64,000 nucleotides of DNA, taken from contig JAZQAE010000119.1 in NCBI GenBank assembly GCA_045544995.1, forward strand, positions 1,857 through 65,856, given 5' to 3'. Made by a program: the position numbers and the translations under genes. Below the pieces are notes generated by a model, which searched no databases, had not been told where the DNA came from, and worked only from the letters and a program-made list of their open reading frames with translations. The stretch's first letter is position 1, and every line of letters begins with the position of its first letter. The DNA is from Eubacteriales bacterium (GTDB taxonomy: Bacteria > Bacillota > Clostridia > Oscillospirales > QAKW01). Below, piece by piece: positions 46,448 through 57,513 of the stretch.

Positions 46448-47215
46448 TCAAGCCATTTTAAACATTTTAAGGGCATTTTCGTCGGTGATACGCTCCACCT
46501 CTTCGGGAGTGATGCCCCGAAGACGGGCGATCTCCGCCGCCACGTAGGGGAGGTTCAAAGCGCAGTTGCGTTTTCCTCGGTTGGGTTCCGGTGCCAGGAA
46601 GGGACTGTCCGTTTCCAGCATCAGCCGGTCGAGGGGAACTTCCGCCGCCACTTCCTTGGCGACCCGGGCATTTTTAAAGGTGACAACTCCGCCTAAGGAG
46701 ATGGACCAACCTAATTTCAGGATCTCCCGAAGAGACTCTACCGAACCGCTGTAGCAATGGAGGATCCCACGGTTATTGGGATGTTCTTTGAGAATATCCA
46801 AGGTATCCTTCATGGCGTCCCGGGTATGGATCACGACCGGAAGGTCCAGTTCCTCCGCCAGGGTCAACTGGGCATGGAACCATTTCTTCTGTACCTCTCG
46901 GGATACATTTTCATAATAGTAATCCAGTCCGATCTCGCCGACGGCAACCACCTTGGGATGCTTTAACATTTCTTTAAGCTCTTCCCAGGCGGCATCTCCG
47001 CCCAGCTCCAGATCCGCCGCTTCCTGGGGGTGAACCCCGATGGCGGCGTAGATATAATCATGCTCTTCTGCCATTTTCAGCGTATCGTGGCAGGAGGCGA
47101 TGCAACAGCCGGAATTGATGAGCCGGCGGATGCCTTTATCTTTCAGTTCAAGGAGAACGGCTTCCCGATCCTCGTCGAATCGGGGGTCGTTCATATGGGC
47201 GTGTACGTCGATCAT
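46448..47215 (-). CDS. tatD: TatD-family metal-dependent hydrolase
   Basis: MIDVHAHM and GEIGLDYY motifs. Confidence 0.9.
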   Translation of the reverse strand: MIDVHAHMNDPRFDEDREAVLLELKDKGIRRLINSGCCIASCHDTLKMAEEHDYIYAAIGVHPQEAADLELGGDAAWEELKEMLKHPKVVAVGEIGLDYYYENVSREVQKKWFHAQLTLAEELDLPVVIHTRDAMKDTLDILKEHPNNRGILHCYSGSVESLREILKLGWSISLGGVVTFKNARVAKEVAAEVPLDRLMLETDSPFLAPEPNRGKRNCALNLPYVAAEIARLRGITPEEVERITDENALKMFKMA

Positions 47216-49161
47216 CGGATCACCGCACCGTTTTCCAGACTCTCGTCCAAGAAAATGACCTTGACGCCGTCTTTACTGTCTGCCGCCAAGAGCATTCCTT
47301 CGCTGAGGGTGCCACGGAGTTTGGCAGGAGCCAGGTTATCGACCAGAATTACCTTTTTCCCGATCAACTGGTCGGGGGTATAGTACTGGGCGATGCCGGA
47401 GAGGACTTGCTTGATTCCTTGGCCGTTATCTACGCTCATCACCAGCAGTTTATCGCTCTTGGGCAGAGGCTCGCAGGTCTTGATCTCTGCCACCCGGAGG
47501 GCAACCTTGGCAAAATCATCAATAGAGATGATGGCCACACCTTCCGGCTTTTCTTCTTTCTTCGGCTCTTTCTTGGCTTCTTTTTTTGCTTTGGCTTCGT
47601 TGGCGGCTTTGATTTCTTCCAACTTCTTAGGAATATCAATACGGGCAAAGAGGATCTCCGGTTTGCCTACGTGGCCGCCGACGGTCAGTTTGCCAAAGGT
47701 ACGGGCATCTTCCAAAGACTGGTCGCCGCAACCGATCTGCGTAAAGATCTTTTCGGCGGTTTCCGGCATGAAAGGCTTCAAGAGGGCGGCGCCGATGCGG
47801 ATACACTCCAAAAGGTTATACAGCACGGTGGCCAGGCGCTCATGGTCGCCGTCGGGCTTGCCCAGGATCCAGGGCTCGGTCTCGTCCACATATTTATTGG
47901 CACGGCGCAGGAGGGTGAAGATATCGTCGATGGCGTCTGCAATATGCATAGCATCCATGTGTTTTTCCACGGCATCGGGGGTGGCGGCAGCCACCGCTTT
48001 GAGATCCCGATCCAGTTCGGTCTCTTCACCCAAGGGGCGCAGTTCACCGCCGAAATACTTATTGGTCATGGAGACGGTTCGATTGACCAGGTTACCAAGG
48101 ATATTGGCCAGATCGGCATTGATCCGTTCCATCATCAGTTCATAGGAGATGATACCGTCATTGGCATAAGGAATCTCATGCAGGACGAAGTAACGGACGG
48201 CATCCACGCCGAAGAGATCCACCAGATCATCGGCATAAAGGACGTTGCCCTTGGATTTACTCATCTTTCCGTCGCTCATAATGAGCCAGGGATGACCAAA
48301 GACCTGCTTGGGCAGTTCCTCGCCGAGGGCCATCAGGATGCAGGGCCAGTAGATGGTATGGAATCGCACGATGTCTTTCCCGATCAGGTGCAGATCGGCA
48401 GGCCAGTAGTGCTTATACTCCTCGGAATGGTTCCCATCGGGATCGTAGCCGGCGAAGGTGATATAGTTGGAGAGGGCGTCGATCCAGACGTAGACCACGT
48501 GACCCGGATCAAAATCCACGGGGATGCCCCAAGTGAAGGAGGTTCTGGAAACGCAGAGATCCTGCAGACCCGGCTTGATGAAGTTGTTGATCATCTCGTT
48601 TTTACGGGCGGGAGGCCAGATAAACTCCGGATTCTTTTCGATATGCTCCGCCAAGCGGTCTGCATATTTGGAGAGCTTGAAGAAATAGGCCTCTTCCTTG
48701 GCGGGATGTACTTCCCGTCCGCAGTCCGGACACTTGCCGTCCACTAACTGAGATTCGGTAAAGAAGGACTCGCAAGGGGTGCAGTACATTCCTTCGTATT
48801 CACTCTTATAGATATCGCCCTGGTCGTAGAGTTTTTTGAAGATCTTTTGGATCTTCTTTTCATGCATGGGATCGGTGGTGCGGATAAAGCGGTCGTAGGT
48901 GGTGTTCATCAGATCCCAGATCCGCTTGATCTCTCCGGCAACGCCGTCCACGTATGCCTGGGGAGTGATTCCGGCAGCTTCCGCTTTGAGCTGGATCTTT
49001 TCACCGTGTTCGTCCGTACCGGTCTGGAATTTGACGTCGTATCCCTGCATTCTCTTGAAACGGGCAATGCTGTCCGCCAGAACGATCTCATAAGTGTTGC
49101 CGATATGAGGCTTGGCAGAGGTGTATGCAATGGCCGTGGTCATATAATATTTTTTGGACAT
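47212..49161 (-). CDS. metG: methionine--tRNA ligase with a C-terminal tRNA-binding domain
   Basis: HIGN-type signature (KPHIGNTYE), KMSKS, and a C-terminal EMAP/Trbp111-like domain. Confidence 0.97.
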   Translation of the reverse strand: MSKKYYMTTAIAYTSAKPHIGNTYEIVLADSIARFKRMQGYDVKFQTGTDEHGEKIQLKAEAAGITPQAYVDGVAGEIKRIWDLMNTTYDRFIRTTDPMHEKKIQKIFKKLYDQGDIYKSEYEGMYCTPCESFFTESQLVDGKCPDCGREVHPAKEEAYFFKLSKYADRLAEHIEKNPEFIWPPARKNEMINNFIKPGLQDLCVSRTSFTWGIPVDFDPGHVVYVWIDALSNYITFAGYDPDGNHSEEYKHYWPADLHLIGKDIVRFHTIYWPCILMALGEELPKQVFGHPWLIMSDGKMSKSKGNVLYADDLVDLFGVDAVRYFVLHEIPYANDGIISYELMMERINADLANILGNLVNRTVSMTNKYFGGELRPLGEETELDRDLKAVAAATPDAVEKHMDAMHIADAIDDIFTLLRRANKYVDETEPWILGKPDGDHERLATVLYNLLECIRIGAALLKPFMPETAEKIFTQIGCGDQSLEDARTFGKLTVGGHVGKPEILFARIDIPKKLEEIKAANEAKAKKEAKKEPKKEEKPEGVAIISIDDFAKVALRVAEIKTCEPLPKSDKLLVMSVDNGQGIKQVLSGIAQYYTPDQLIGKKVILVDNLAPAKLRGTLSEGMLLAADSKDGVKVIFLDESLENGAVIR

Positions 49162-49319
49162 CAGGACTTCCTCCTTATATTTAAGCATTATTTTTTATTC
49201 TAACATAAAAAAATTTTATTTTCAATATATAAATTTGGCATAATTTAGGGTTGAAAAAAGGCGTGAGGTGGTGTAAAATAGAGTAAACTTTGAAAAATTA
49301 TGAAAGAAGGTATAAACCA

Positions 49320-49886
49320 ATGAACGTTTTAGTTGAAATGTCTGCTCGTCATGTCCATTTGACCGAAGAGGCTGTAGAGATCCTGTTTGGCAAGGGCGCT
49401 AAGCTGACCATGGTTCGTGAGCTTTCTCAGCCCGGCCAGTACCTCTCCGAAGAGCGTGTTGATCTGATTGGACCCAAGAAGACCCTGACCCACGTCAGCG
49501 TTCTCGGCCCCACCCGTCCTGAGAACCAGGTTGAGATCTCCTTGACCGATGCCCGTACTCTGGGTGTTGAGGCTCCCATCCGCATGAGCGGTGACGTAAA
49601 GGGTAGCGGTGCTATCACCATCAAGGGACCCTGCGGCGAAATCACCATCGAAGAGGGCGTTATCGCTGCTCAGCGTCATATCCATATGACCCCCGAGACT
49701 GCTGAAAAGGGCGGTTTCACCGATGGTCAGATCGTTTCCGTTAAGGTTGCCGGTCCTCGTGAAGTCATCTTTGGTGAGACGGTTCTGCGTGTTTCCCCCA
49801 AGTTTGCCGATGCAATGCACATCGATACCGATGAAGCAAACGCTGTGGCACTTCCCCGGAACGCTCAGGGCGAAATCATTAAATAA
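49320..49886 (+). CDS. pduL: phosphate propanoyl/acetyltransferase PduL
   Basis: Duplicated SARHVHL / AQRHIHM motifs. Confidence 0.85.
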   Translation: MNVLVEMSARHVHLTEEAVEILFGKGAKLTMVRELSQPGQYLSEERVDLIGPKKTLTHVSVLGPTRPENQVEISLTDARTLGVEAPIRMSGDVKGSGAITIKGPCGEITIEEGVIAAQRHIHMTPETAEKGGFTDGQIVSVKVAGPREVIFGETVLRVSPKFADAMHIDTDEANAVALPRNAQGEIIK

Positions 49887-49905
49887 GATTTTAATACATA
49901 AAAAC

Positions 49906-49936
49906 CCCGTCATGCCAAGCATGACGGGATTTTTTT
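49906..49936. terminator. bidirectional terminator
   Basis: cccgtcatgc caa gcatgacggg followed by ttttttt. Confidence 0.8.
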
Positions 49937-51659
49937 AGTAGTGAATGATCTCTACGGCGGGCCCCAGACCGGTGGTAATACATTGGGGAGAGCAGACCAG
50001 GAAATTGAGTGCGGTGCAAGTCTTGAGCGCCGAAGCATCGGTGACGCCGGTGCCGGAAATATCCAGCGTGACCAGCGTTTTATTGCCGGAAAGACAGGCG
50101 ACGTCGGTGATCTTGGTCTCTGCGGCAGTCAGGGTGGTCAGACCGGTTTGCGTACTCAAGGGGGAGAGATCGGCCAGCGGGTTTTTGCTGATATTCAGTT
50201 CAGTGACCTGTTTGCGGAAGGTGGAAAGAGAGGCGATCTCGTTTCCTTCTGCCATCAGAGCGGTCAGGGCTTTAAAGTCGTTGACCACGCTGAGGGAGGC
50301 TAATCCGCAGTCGGAAAGATCCAGCCGGGTCAAAGCGGGGAGGGAACTGAGGATCTTAACGTTATCAGGGCGATTGCCTCGCAGATACAGCTCTTCTAAG
50401 GCTTTGAGGCCGGAGAGCGGGGCAAGATCGGTGATGGCGTTGCCCGAAACATCCAGGTAAAGCAATTCGTTCAGCTCCGTGAGCCCGGATAGATCGTAAA
50501 GACCGTTTTCGGTCAGATGGAGATATTTTAACCGGGGAAAGGCGGAAACGTCGATCGTGGTGGTCAACTTATTATTGGAAGCGTTGAGAAATTCCAGATT
50601 TACCAGCTGGTCCAGTGCGGAAAGATCAGAGATCTTATTTCGGTTGATGCTGAGCTCTGTCAGGGCAGAAAGACTGCTGATATTATTGAGATCCTCATTG
50701 GAAAGTGCACATCCGGTCATGGAAAGGATCTGTAATTCCGTTAGAGCGGAGAGGGGGGTATAATCTTCGATCAGCAGTTCTTCGTTGATCCGAAGAACCT
50801 GCAGATGGGGGAGATATTCCAAATCCTTCAGGCTGCGGATCTCGCCTTCGATTTCGTCGTTATTCAACTCCGTGACAGAAGCTAATTGCGCTGCATAAAG
50901 ATCGCCGGTGGGCTGGTCTAATCTGGTGCGAACCATCTTTTCGATCTTACTGTCGGTGAACTCGATGGCTTCGTTGGCGTTATTGATCTCATAAGTGAGT
51001 TTCAACCGAGGGGAGACCAGTCCTTCTTCGCTGACGGCGATGGCAATCAGCGTACAGGAGGAACTGATGGTAATGGGTTCTTTATAGACCGGAGAGGCGA
51101 GGGAGGGCTCTTCGCCGTTGAGGGTGTAATATACCGTCTGACCGTCCGGCACTTGGATGGTCACTTTCTGCGCACGGCTGTAACTACCTTGCTGGGGCGT
51201 ATAATTTAGATCTGCCGGACGGGAATCTTGGATTTTTTTATTGATATAAGTATCTTCAATTCCGTCCAAAAAGGCTGCGGCAGCGCCGATCTTGCCGGCA
51301 TCCACCAAAGCCTCGGCCTTGGCCAGGTAAAGGATTTCTGCACCGCCCAGCCGGTCGATTCCCTGATCCAGGATTTCTGCCGCTTTGGTGTAGTCTTTCA
51401 GTTCGATCAAGGCTTCGCTGTATTTTAAATAGAGTTCCTCTCGATTCTTTTGAAATCTCAGAGCGGCGGAAAACTGCTCTGCCGCAGTGATATAATCGTG
51501 ATTTTGCAAGGCTTTTTCGCCCCGAGCCGTCAGCATTGATGCAAAGGGAGCACGGAGAAAAAGAAGAAAGATCAATCCTCCCAAAATCAGCGCCAATCCG
51601 CATCCTGCGCTGAATAAAAGCCATTTATTTTTCAGCCATGAAGGCCATTTTTCATACAT
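49935..51659 (-). CDS. membrane-anchored TPR + Fn3-associated + leucine-rich-repeat protein
   Basis: N-terminal TM. GQTVYYTLNGEEPS (chitobiase/Fn3-associated-like). A long array of LxxLxLxxNxIxDL repeats. Confidence 0.8.
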   Translation of the reverse strand: MYEKWPSWLKNKWLLFSAGCGLALILGGLIFLLFLRAPFASMLTARGEKALQNHDYITAAEQFSAALRFQKNREELYLKYSEALIELKDYTKAAEILDQGIDRLGGAEILYLAKAEALVDAGKIGAAAAFLDGIEDTYINKKIQDSRPADLNYTPQQGSYSRAQKVTIQVPDGQTVYYTLNGEEPSLASPVYKEPITISSSCTLIAIAVSEEGLVSPRLKLTYEINNANEAIEFTDSKIEKMVRTRLDQPTGDLYAAQLASVTELNNDEIEGEIRSLKDLEYLPHLQVLRINEELLIEDYTPLSALTELQILSMTGCALSNEDLNNISSLSALTELSINRNKISDLSALDQLVNLEFLNASNNKLTTTIDVSAFPRLKYLHLTENGLYDLSGLTELNELLYLDVSGNAITDLAPLSGLKALEELYLRGNRPDNVKILSSLPALTRLDLSDCGLASLSVVNDFKALTALMAEGNEIASLSTFRKQVTELNISKNPLADLSPLSTQTGLTTLTAAETKITDVACLSGNKTLVTLDISGTGVTDASALKTCTALNFLVCSPQCITTGLGPAVEIIHY

Positions 51660-51778
51660 TTGGAATCCTCCTTTTTTAGGTGTATTCTGCTTTGATTTTA
51701 TCATATGATGCGGATTATTTCAAGTATGACCGCATAGATATGGTAGAAACAGGCAAAAATGAAAACAGGAGGCATGAA

Positions 51779-51976
51779 ATGATGAAAAAACAAACCGTTT
51801 CCTATCGGGATGAACTGGTAGATCTTCGACAGAGAATGGCGAATTTGGAGACAAAATTATCCTTGATCAATGAGCCTTTACTGGTGGACGCTTTATCCTA
51901 TGAATTGTTAGGGTTAAAATCCCGGCTGAATTTCCTGATTGCCACGGCAAAGGCCGAGGAAAAAATGTCACAGTAG
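51779..51976 (+). CDS. DUF2508 (YaaL-like) small protein
   Basis: ATG after aggagg. ...LLVDALSYELLGLKSRLNFLIATAK pattern. Confidence 0.55.
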   Translation: MMKKQTVSYRDELVDLRQRMANLETKLSLINEPLLVDALSYELLGLKSRLNFLIATAKAEEKMSQ

Positions 51977-52126
51977 AATTGTCATAATGCACAAAACCGC
52001 ATCAAAAAGATTGGTTAGGATTGCTAATTTTATTTTTTTTCTTGAAGTAGGTATAAGGGTATGCTATACTATAACTGATATATTATATGTCGCTATGTCC
52101 TTAAGGCTAATTCAGGAGGTATTCAC

Positions 52127-54145
52127 ATGAAATTAAGAAAGATCCTGGCTGTGATGATGGTTGTTGCCGTTCTGCTGACTCTTGCAGGCTGTAACTATAT
52201 CCGTCGTCCCGCCGGTGTGGCAAACTATGGCGCTGATATCAGCGATAAGCTCAGCGCTTTGCTGATCATTCCGGACTATCAGTACGAAGATCAGCCGACG
52301 GAGGATAAAACCTTCTTTGAAGAACCGGAAGAGACTCCGCCGGAAAATAATGACGAGCCCTCTGAGCCGGATCCGGTCTATACGCCCTTTACTTCTACGT
52401 ACAACGCCGAGGAACTGCTGAGTAAGATCGAGAAGTTGATCTCCACCATGCGGGTAGAGCGGGGTGTGGCCAACAGCGCTACCGGTGTCAGCGATGAACT
52501 GCTGGCCGGCCGTGCCGTCAAGATCCTGGTTCCGGATAACTTCCCCGTAGACGAGGAAAACGAGGCGGTCAAGGCGATGACTGCGCAGTATGGCTGTGCC
52601 GTCAACGTCAGAAGAGTCGGCACCGGCTCTGCTTACGTCAATGCATGCCGTCGGGCTTACCTCTCCGGTGACGATGTGGATCTGATGTACGTAGATAACT
52701 CCATCTGGGGTGATGTACATAGCTTTACGCAAGCCGTAAACTCTTTCATTAATTTCGACCTGGCTGATAAACTGAATACCTTCTCTTCTTCTTTTTCTAA
52801 GAAATTTCACGTTGTGGATGACCTGGACGCAACCTTGATCTACTACCATGTAGCTTCCGGTATCGGCGCTCCTTATTTCTTGGCATACAATAAAGCCAAC
52901 GTTAAAGCAGGCGGCAAGTTGCCTGCCGAGACTTTGGTGGATGCCGCCGGGGTTGTGACCGAACTGCGGGAGATCGACGTGGTTGATCCTGTGGAGATGT
53001 ACAATAACCGCACCTGGAGCGTGAATGCTTTTACCGAGATGCTGAAGACCAGCACCGCCGGTTCTAACGTAGGTATTGCTTCCAAGATGGACGCCCTGAA
53101 TGGCTTGGATATTTGGTACGGCATGGAGGATTTTGCAGGATTTACCGTTAGCGCAAATACCGGTAAAGCCAACCTGACTACCGTGACCAATGTGGATTAT
53201 AGCAAAACGGCCGACGTGGTGCAGTCCTGGTATTGGACCGTTAAGGATGTTGCAAATGCAAACTACGTAGGCGCCTTTGAAAAGGCGCTCGCTTGGAAAG
53301 ACGGCGAAGCTTATGAAAAGCTCTTTAACATCTATGCCGGAAACGATTCCGTGAAATCTTATTCCTTCCTGGCCTGCGAATTGCCGGAGCTTCTGGACGT
53401 GGCTAAAGTAGCGGATCAGACAGTTTCCGAATGGGACTTCGTAGCTTATCCCTATGGTCAGACTTATGAGACCACCTATCGTGCCATGATGGCCGAGGAA
53501 TTTGAGCAAAAGGTTCAGGCTGAGCGTGAGAGCGCCGAAGCCGGCGAAGAGTATGAGAAAGAGATCATCACTCCCGTTGCCGGTTGGGCCGGCGGTTTCG
53601 CAGTGATGAAGACCTGCGAAAATCCCTCTGTGGCTCTGCGTGTGGCAGAAGAATATACCAAGATCTGGAAGGCAGAAAATGAGGCTCCCGTTCTGGAGGT
53701 TCTGACTGAAGAGCAACAGGCTCGGTACAATGATATGAAAGCCAATATCGGTCTTTCCTTTGTACGTGCTTGGGCCGAGAAGGCGGCTGACGTCAATGCG
53801 GTTTATCCCGATTGCGCCAACTACCTCTACGGTTCCGCCGTTGCGACCGGTTCCTCTTCTTCCGGTACCGGTAACATCACCGTGCAGAAGCCGGATGCTC
53901 ATGCCAGTGAACGGTCTCTCTTCTTGGGACTCAAGAATTTCGATAACAATGCAAACCTGGCTACCCACGCCATGTATCATAAGGACGAGGCTGCAACCCT
54001 CTACGATCCTGCGATCCATACCACCTTCAGTGCCTTTATGGAAGGTGCGCCCAGTGATACTGCAGAAGGTGCTTATGATAGTATCCGAGTGGCAAAGATC
54101 TTGAATTCTTCCTTGCTGCCTGGTACGGTATTGTTTAAGTGGTAA
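52127..54145 (+). CDS. large secreted lipoprotein, solute-binding-protein-like (function unknown)
   Basis: Lipobox LTLAGC. RBS aggagg. Acidic linker followed by a globular region of about 550 aa. Confidence 0.8.
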   Translation: MKLRKILAVMMVVAVLLTLAGCNYIRRPAGVANYGADISDKLSALLIIPDYQYEDQPTEDKTFFEEPEETPPENNDEPSEPDPVYTPFTSTYNAEELLSKIEKLISTMRVERGVANSATGVSDELLAGRAVKILVPDNFPVDEENEAVKAMTAQYGCAVNVRRVGTGSAYVNACRRAYLSGDDVDLMYVDNSIWGDVHSFTQAVNSFINFDLADKLNTFSSSFSKKFHVVDDLDATLIYYHVASGIGAPYFLAYNKANVKAGGKLPAETLVDAAGVVTELREIDVVDPVEMYNNRTWSVNAFTEMLKTSTAGSNVGIASKMDALNGLDIWYGMEDFAGFTVSANTGKANLTTVTNVDYSKTADVVQSWYWTVKDVANANYVGAFEKALAWKDGEAYEKLFNIYAGNDSVKSYSFLACELPELLDVAKVADQTVSEWDFVAYPYGQTYETTYRAMMAEEFEQKVQAERESAEAGEEYEKEIITPVAGWAGGFAVMKTCENPSVALRVAEEYTKIWKAENEAPVLEVLTEEQQARYNDMKANIGLSFVRAWAEKAADVNAVYPDCANYLYGSAVATGSSSSGTGNITVQKPDAHASERSLFLGLKNFDNNANLATHAMYHKDEAATLYDPAIHTTFSAFMEGAPSDTAEGAYDSIRVAKILNSSLLPGTVLFKW

Positions 54146-54170
54146 GCGAAAACTTAACATTATAATATAT

Positions 54171-54206
54171 AGGGGATGTGCTGAAAAGCGCATCCCCTAT
54201 TTTTTG
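54171..54206 (+). terminator. rho-independent terminator
   Basis: aggggatgtgc / gcgcatcccct followed by tttttt. Confidence 0.8.
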
Positions 54207-54220
54207 TAAGGAGACTGCCG

Positions 54221-55048
54221 ATGAAAAAAATACACGCTTCCAATGAAGAACATCGTGGAATTCTCTATGCAGTAATGACCTTTTTAATCTTTTTGGCGGG
54301 AATTATTTTAATCTTGGGCGGGCTTTATCTTTTTCATCGAAACGAAGACTTTTATGCGGTGTTTCGCCAACGGTTGAATGGAGGTTTTTATCTTTCTGCA
54401 TGGTTGGTGCTGGTATTTTCCTCCTTGCTTTACACTCCGTTTTCTTATGGGATCTCTCATTATTTCATTAAAGAGGGAGGGGGAATTAAGGAACTTTTCT
54501 TTTTGTTTCGTCAGCCCCTTTTAATGACGAAAGCGATTGCCGTCTCCTTTTTGAAAAAGGTCTTGATCTATGGGGAACGGTTGCTTCTTCTATTAGGAGC
54601 GGCGATTGTGGAGGTGGTTCTCTTTTTCTCTTTTTTACTGGTAACGGGAGAAAACGTCTTTTCCGTGCAGGAAAATCCTTTTCGGCTGGCGGCGGAGTTT
54701 ATGTTGCGCTCCCCTTGGCTGATTGCGCTTTCGATCATATTGTGGAGTCTTTTTTTATTGGGAATTCTATTGATTCATCTAAGGTATATTCTTTGCAAGT
54801 ACGTTTTGCTTCTTTATCCCGATGCCGGCGTTTTGCAGTCGTTACGGGTAGGAAGAGACGCCATTAAAGGAAATCTGATCCGGACGGTATTTTTTTATCT
54901 GCGGTACGGCGCTTACTGTGTTTTGGTGGTGTTGTCCTTTGGGATGGTCCGCCGGTTGCGCCATAAGCGGTTTTCTCAATATGCGTGCCAATTAACACGG
55001 TCGGGATGGCAGGATTATTGCCGAAAAAGGAGTTTGGGTTCAAAGTGA
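54221..55048 (+). CDS. integral membrane protein of unknown function
   Basis: Five to six hydrophobic helices. No family recognised. Confidence 0.65.
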   Translation: MKKIHASNEEHRGILYAVMTFLIFLAGIILILGGLYLFHRNEDFYAVFRQRLNGGFYLSAWLVLVFSSLLYTPFSYGISHYFIKEGGGIKELFFLFRQPLLMTKAIAVSFLKKVLIYGERLLLLLGAAIVEVVLFFSFLLVTGENVFSVQENPFRLAAEFMLRSPWLIALSIILWSLFLLGILLIHLRYILCKYVLLLYPDAGVLQSLRVGRDAIKGNLIRTVFFYLRYGAYCVLVVLSFGMVRRLRHKRFSQYACQLTRSGWQDYCRKRSLGSK

Positions 55049-55109
55049 GAATGACTTGCAAATTAATTGAAGGTTTGATATACTATATCTGTATATAGAT
55101 TTAAAGGAG

Positions 55110-57494
55110 ATGGATGTCTTGAAGAAGATATTTCATAAGATAAAAGAAAAGATCGTATCTTTCCTGCCGGAGCGGTTTCGCAGGGAAAGAGAAAAGAAGG
55201 AACGGAAGCCAATGCCGACGTGGGTTCGGAAGTCCGTCTGGGCTGTCTGCCTGACCGGGATCTTGACCTGCTTTTTTGTGGTGTTGGCCTTTGGTTGGTA
55301 CTCCTTTATTTATTTAGACGATGAATTTGATCTTTCGGCGGTAGATAGCGCCTTGAATTACACCTCGGTGGTCTATGGCTTGGAGGACGGCGCCTACGTG
55401 GAGGCAGAGACCCTGCACGCCAGCGAAAACCGCATCTGGGCCGATATTGGTGAGATTCCAAAGAATCTCCAGCACGCCTTCGTCGCCATTGAAGATGAGC
55501 GTTTTTATAAGCATAGCGGTGTGGACCTTTTGAGAACCGGTAAGGCGGTCTTGAACTTCGTCACCATGGGAAATAAGACCTTTGGCGGTTCCACCATTAC
55601 CCAGCAGGTGATCAAAAATATCACTGGTGACGACCAGCAGACCGTCTCTCGGAAAATTCAGGAGATCCGTCGGGCTTGGTACGTGGAACGGGAATATAAA
55701 AAGGATCAGATTTTGGAAGTTTATCTGAATACCATCTATCTTTCCCAGGGTTGTTACGGCGTTCAAACGGCGGCAGAGGTCTATTTCAATAAGACACTGG
55801 ATCAGTTGACGCTTTTTGAATGTGCCAGTATTGCTTCCATCACCAATCTTCCTACCTACTATGATCCCATCCAAAACCCGGATAATAACGTCCGTCGTGC
55901 CGGCTTTGTTATTGATAAAATGCTGGAGTTGGGCTATATCTCTGAGGCGGAGGCGAAAGCGGCCAAAGAGGAAAAACTGGAGCTTCACGTAGGAGAGTCC
56001 AATAAAAATGAGTCCGGTACCGAAGTGAATAGTTACTTTGTGGATCAGGTCGTCAAGGACGTTATTAAAGCCCTGGTGAATGAAAAAGGCTACAGCGAGG
56101 CTTATGCCCGTTCCTTGGTTTATTCCGGCGGAATTCAGATCTATTCTACCATGGATTTGGATGTCCAGAAGGCGGTCGATAAGATCTTTGAGGACCCCTC
56201 TAATTTCCCCAGAGTGACTGCGAACGGTCAGAGTCTGCAAAGCGCCATTACGGTCATTGATAATACCACCGGTGCGGTGGTCGGGATGTCCGGCGGTGTG
56301 GGCAAGAAAACGGTGGCCAGAGGCCTGAACCGTTCCACCCAATCCTACCGTCAGCCCGGTTCCTGCATGAAACCCATCGGCACCTTCGGCCCAGCCATTG
56401 AATATGGCACCAAGATCGACGGTGTACGGGTGGCGCCGGGAATGCTTTTGATGGATGACGGCGTCCGGGAGGACTCCAAAGGCAATCCCTGGCCGAAAAA
56501 CTATGACGATTGGACCAAAAAGATGATGTCGGTTCAGAGAGGCTTGGATCTCTCTAAAAATACCATCGCCGTACGGGTTCAAAATGCCTTGGGATCGAAA
56601 ACGGCCTTTAATTTCTTAAAGAACAATCTGGGAATCACGACCTTGGTGCCCGGTTCTGAGCATGATGAAAACGACCAGGCGATGGCGCTTGGCGGATTGA
56701 CCACCGGTATCAGCGTACAGGAAATCACCGCCGCTTATTCCGCTTTTGCCAACGACGGTACCTATACGAAGCCGTATACCTTTACCAAGATCCTGGATCA
56801 GAACGGACGGGTTTTACTGGAAAATAGAGTGGAATCCCAGACGGCGATGCAAAAAAATACCGCCGCAATGATCAACCAGATGTTGAAGCATGCAGCGGAG
56901 TTCGGTACCGGCACCAGCGGTCGGATCAGCGGCCAGGCGATGTGTGCCAAGACCGGTACCACCAGTGATGATAAAGACCGGTGGTACGTGGGTTATACCA
57001 AGTATTATTCTGCCGGCGTATGGGTGGGTTATGATAAACCGGCCACCATCGAATACGGCGGTGCCAACCCGGCGGCAGTTGCCTGGAAAAAAGTCATGAG
57101 CCAGGTTCATAACGGTCTGCCCAGAAAGGAATTCGATGGCCCCACCGGCTTGACCACGGTGGAGGTTTGTACGCAGACCGGTAAGCTTCCCACAGAGAAG
57201 TGTAAGGAAAAGGTGAGCGGACAGTTCTTCGCTTCCGGTGTCCCGTATCAATCCTGCGATTTTTGCGGAGTGCCGGGGGTTGATCCTGAGGTGCCCTTGG
57301 AGCCGGAGACTCCCGTGACGCCGGAAACCCCGGTCGTTCCGGAAACTCCCGTGACTCCGGAGACTCCCGTAACCCCGGAAACTCCTGTGGTACCGGAGAC
57401 CCCTGTGACCCCGGAGCCGTCTCCGGAACCTGCGCCGGAAACCCCGGTAGAGACTTCGCCTGAGAGTACCGAAACACCACCGACCCAATCATAA
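55110..57494 (+). CDS. class A penicillin-binding protein (PBP1A family)
   Basis: Glycosyltransferase motifs [20 protein letters not shown] and RKIQE. Transpeptidase motifs SCMKP (SxxK) and KTGTT. The start may instead be TTG at 55119. Confidence 0.95.
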   Translation: MDVLKKIFHKIKEKIVSFLPERFRREREKKERKPMPTWVRKSVWAVCLTGILTCFFVVLAFGWYSFIYLDDEFDLSAVDSALNYTSVVYGLEDGAYVEAETLHASENRIWADIGEIPKNLQHAFVAIEDERFYKHSGVDLLRTGKAVLNFVTMGNKTFGGSTITQQVIKNITGDDQQTVSRKIQEIRRAWYVEREYKKDQILEVYLNTIYLSQGCYGVQTAAEVYFNKTLDQLTLFECASIASITNLPTYYDPIQNPDNNVRRAGFVIDKMLELGYISEAEAKAAKEEKLELHVGESNKNESGTEVNSYFVDQVVKDVIKALVNEKGYSEAYARSLVYSGGIQIYSTMDLDVQKAVDKIFEDPSNFPRVTANGQSLQSAITVIDNTTGAVVGMSGGVGKKTVARGLNRSTQSYRQPGSCMKPIGTFGPAIEYGTKIDGVRVAPGMLLMDDGVREDSKGNPWPKNYDDWTKKMMSVQRGLDLSKNTIAVRVQNALGSKTAFNFLKNNLGITTLVPGSEHDENDQAMALGGLTTGISVQEITAAYSAFANDGTYTKPYTFTKILDQNGRVLLENRVESQTAMQKNTAAMINQMLKHAAEFGTGTSGRISGQAMCAKTGTTSDDKDRWYVGYTKYYSAGVWVGYDKPATIEYGGANPAAVAWKKVMSQVHNGLPRKEFDGPTGLTTVEVCTQTGKLPTEKCKEKVSGQFFASGVPYQSCDFCGVPGVDPEVPLEPETPVTPETPVVPETPVTPETPVTPETPVVPETPVTPEPSPEPAPETPVETSPESTETPPTQS
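57303..57410 (+). repeat. six tandem 18-bp units encoding PETPV(T/V)
   Basis: The unit ccggaRacNccNgtNNNN is repeated head-to-tail in the PBP1A C-terminal tail. Confidence 0.85.
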
Positions 57495-57513
57495 GAATAG
57501 CGAGGGAATACAA

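Noticed and set aside
49162-49319. T-box leader upstream of metG.
   Set aside because: The intergenic region is only about 130 nt, AT-rich and lacks specifier, T-box or terminator elements.
52133-54193. 686-aa ORF antisense to the lipoprotein gene. Similar long antisense ORFs occur at 32348-33814, 33901-35232, 47407-48747, 55314-56582, 25779-26795, 22015-22854 and 41960-42748.
   Set aside because: They have no RBS, and their composition is Gly/Arg/His-rich and low in complexity. Each fully overlaps a sense gene with clear family motifs. Stop-free antisense frames like these are typical of GC-rich coding DNA.
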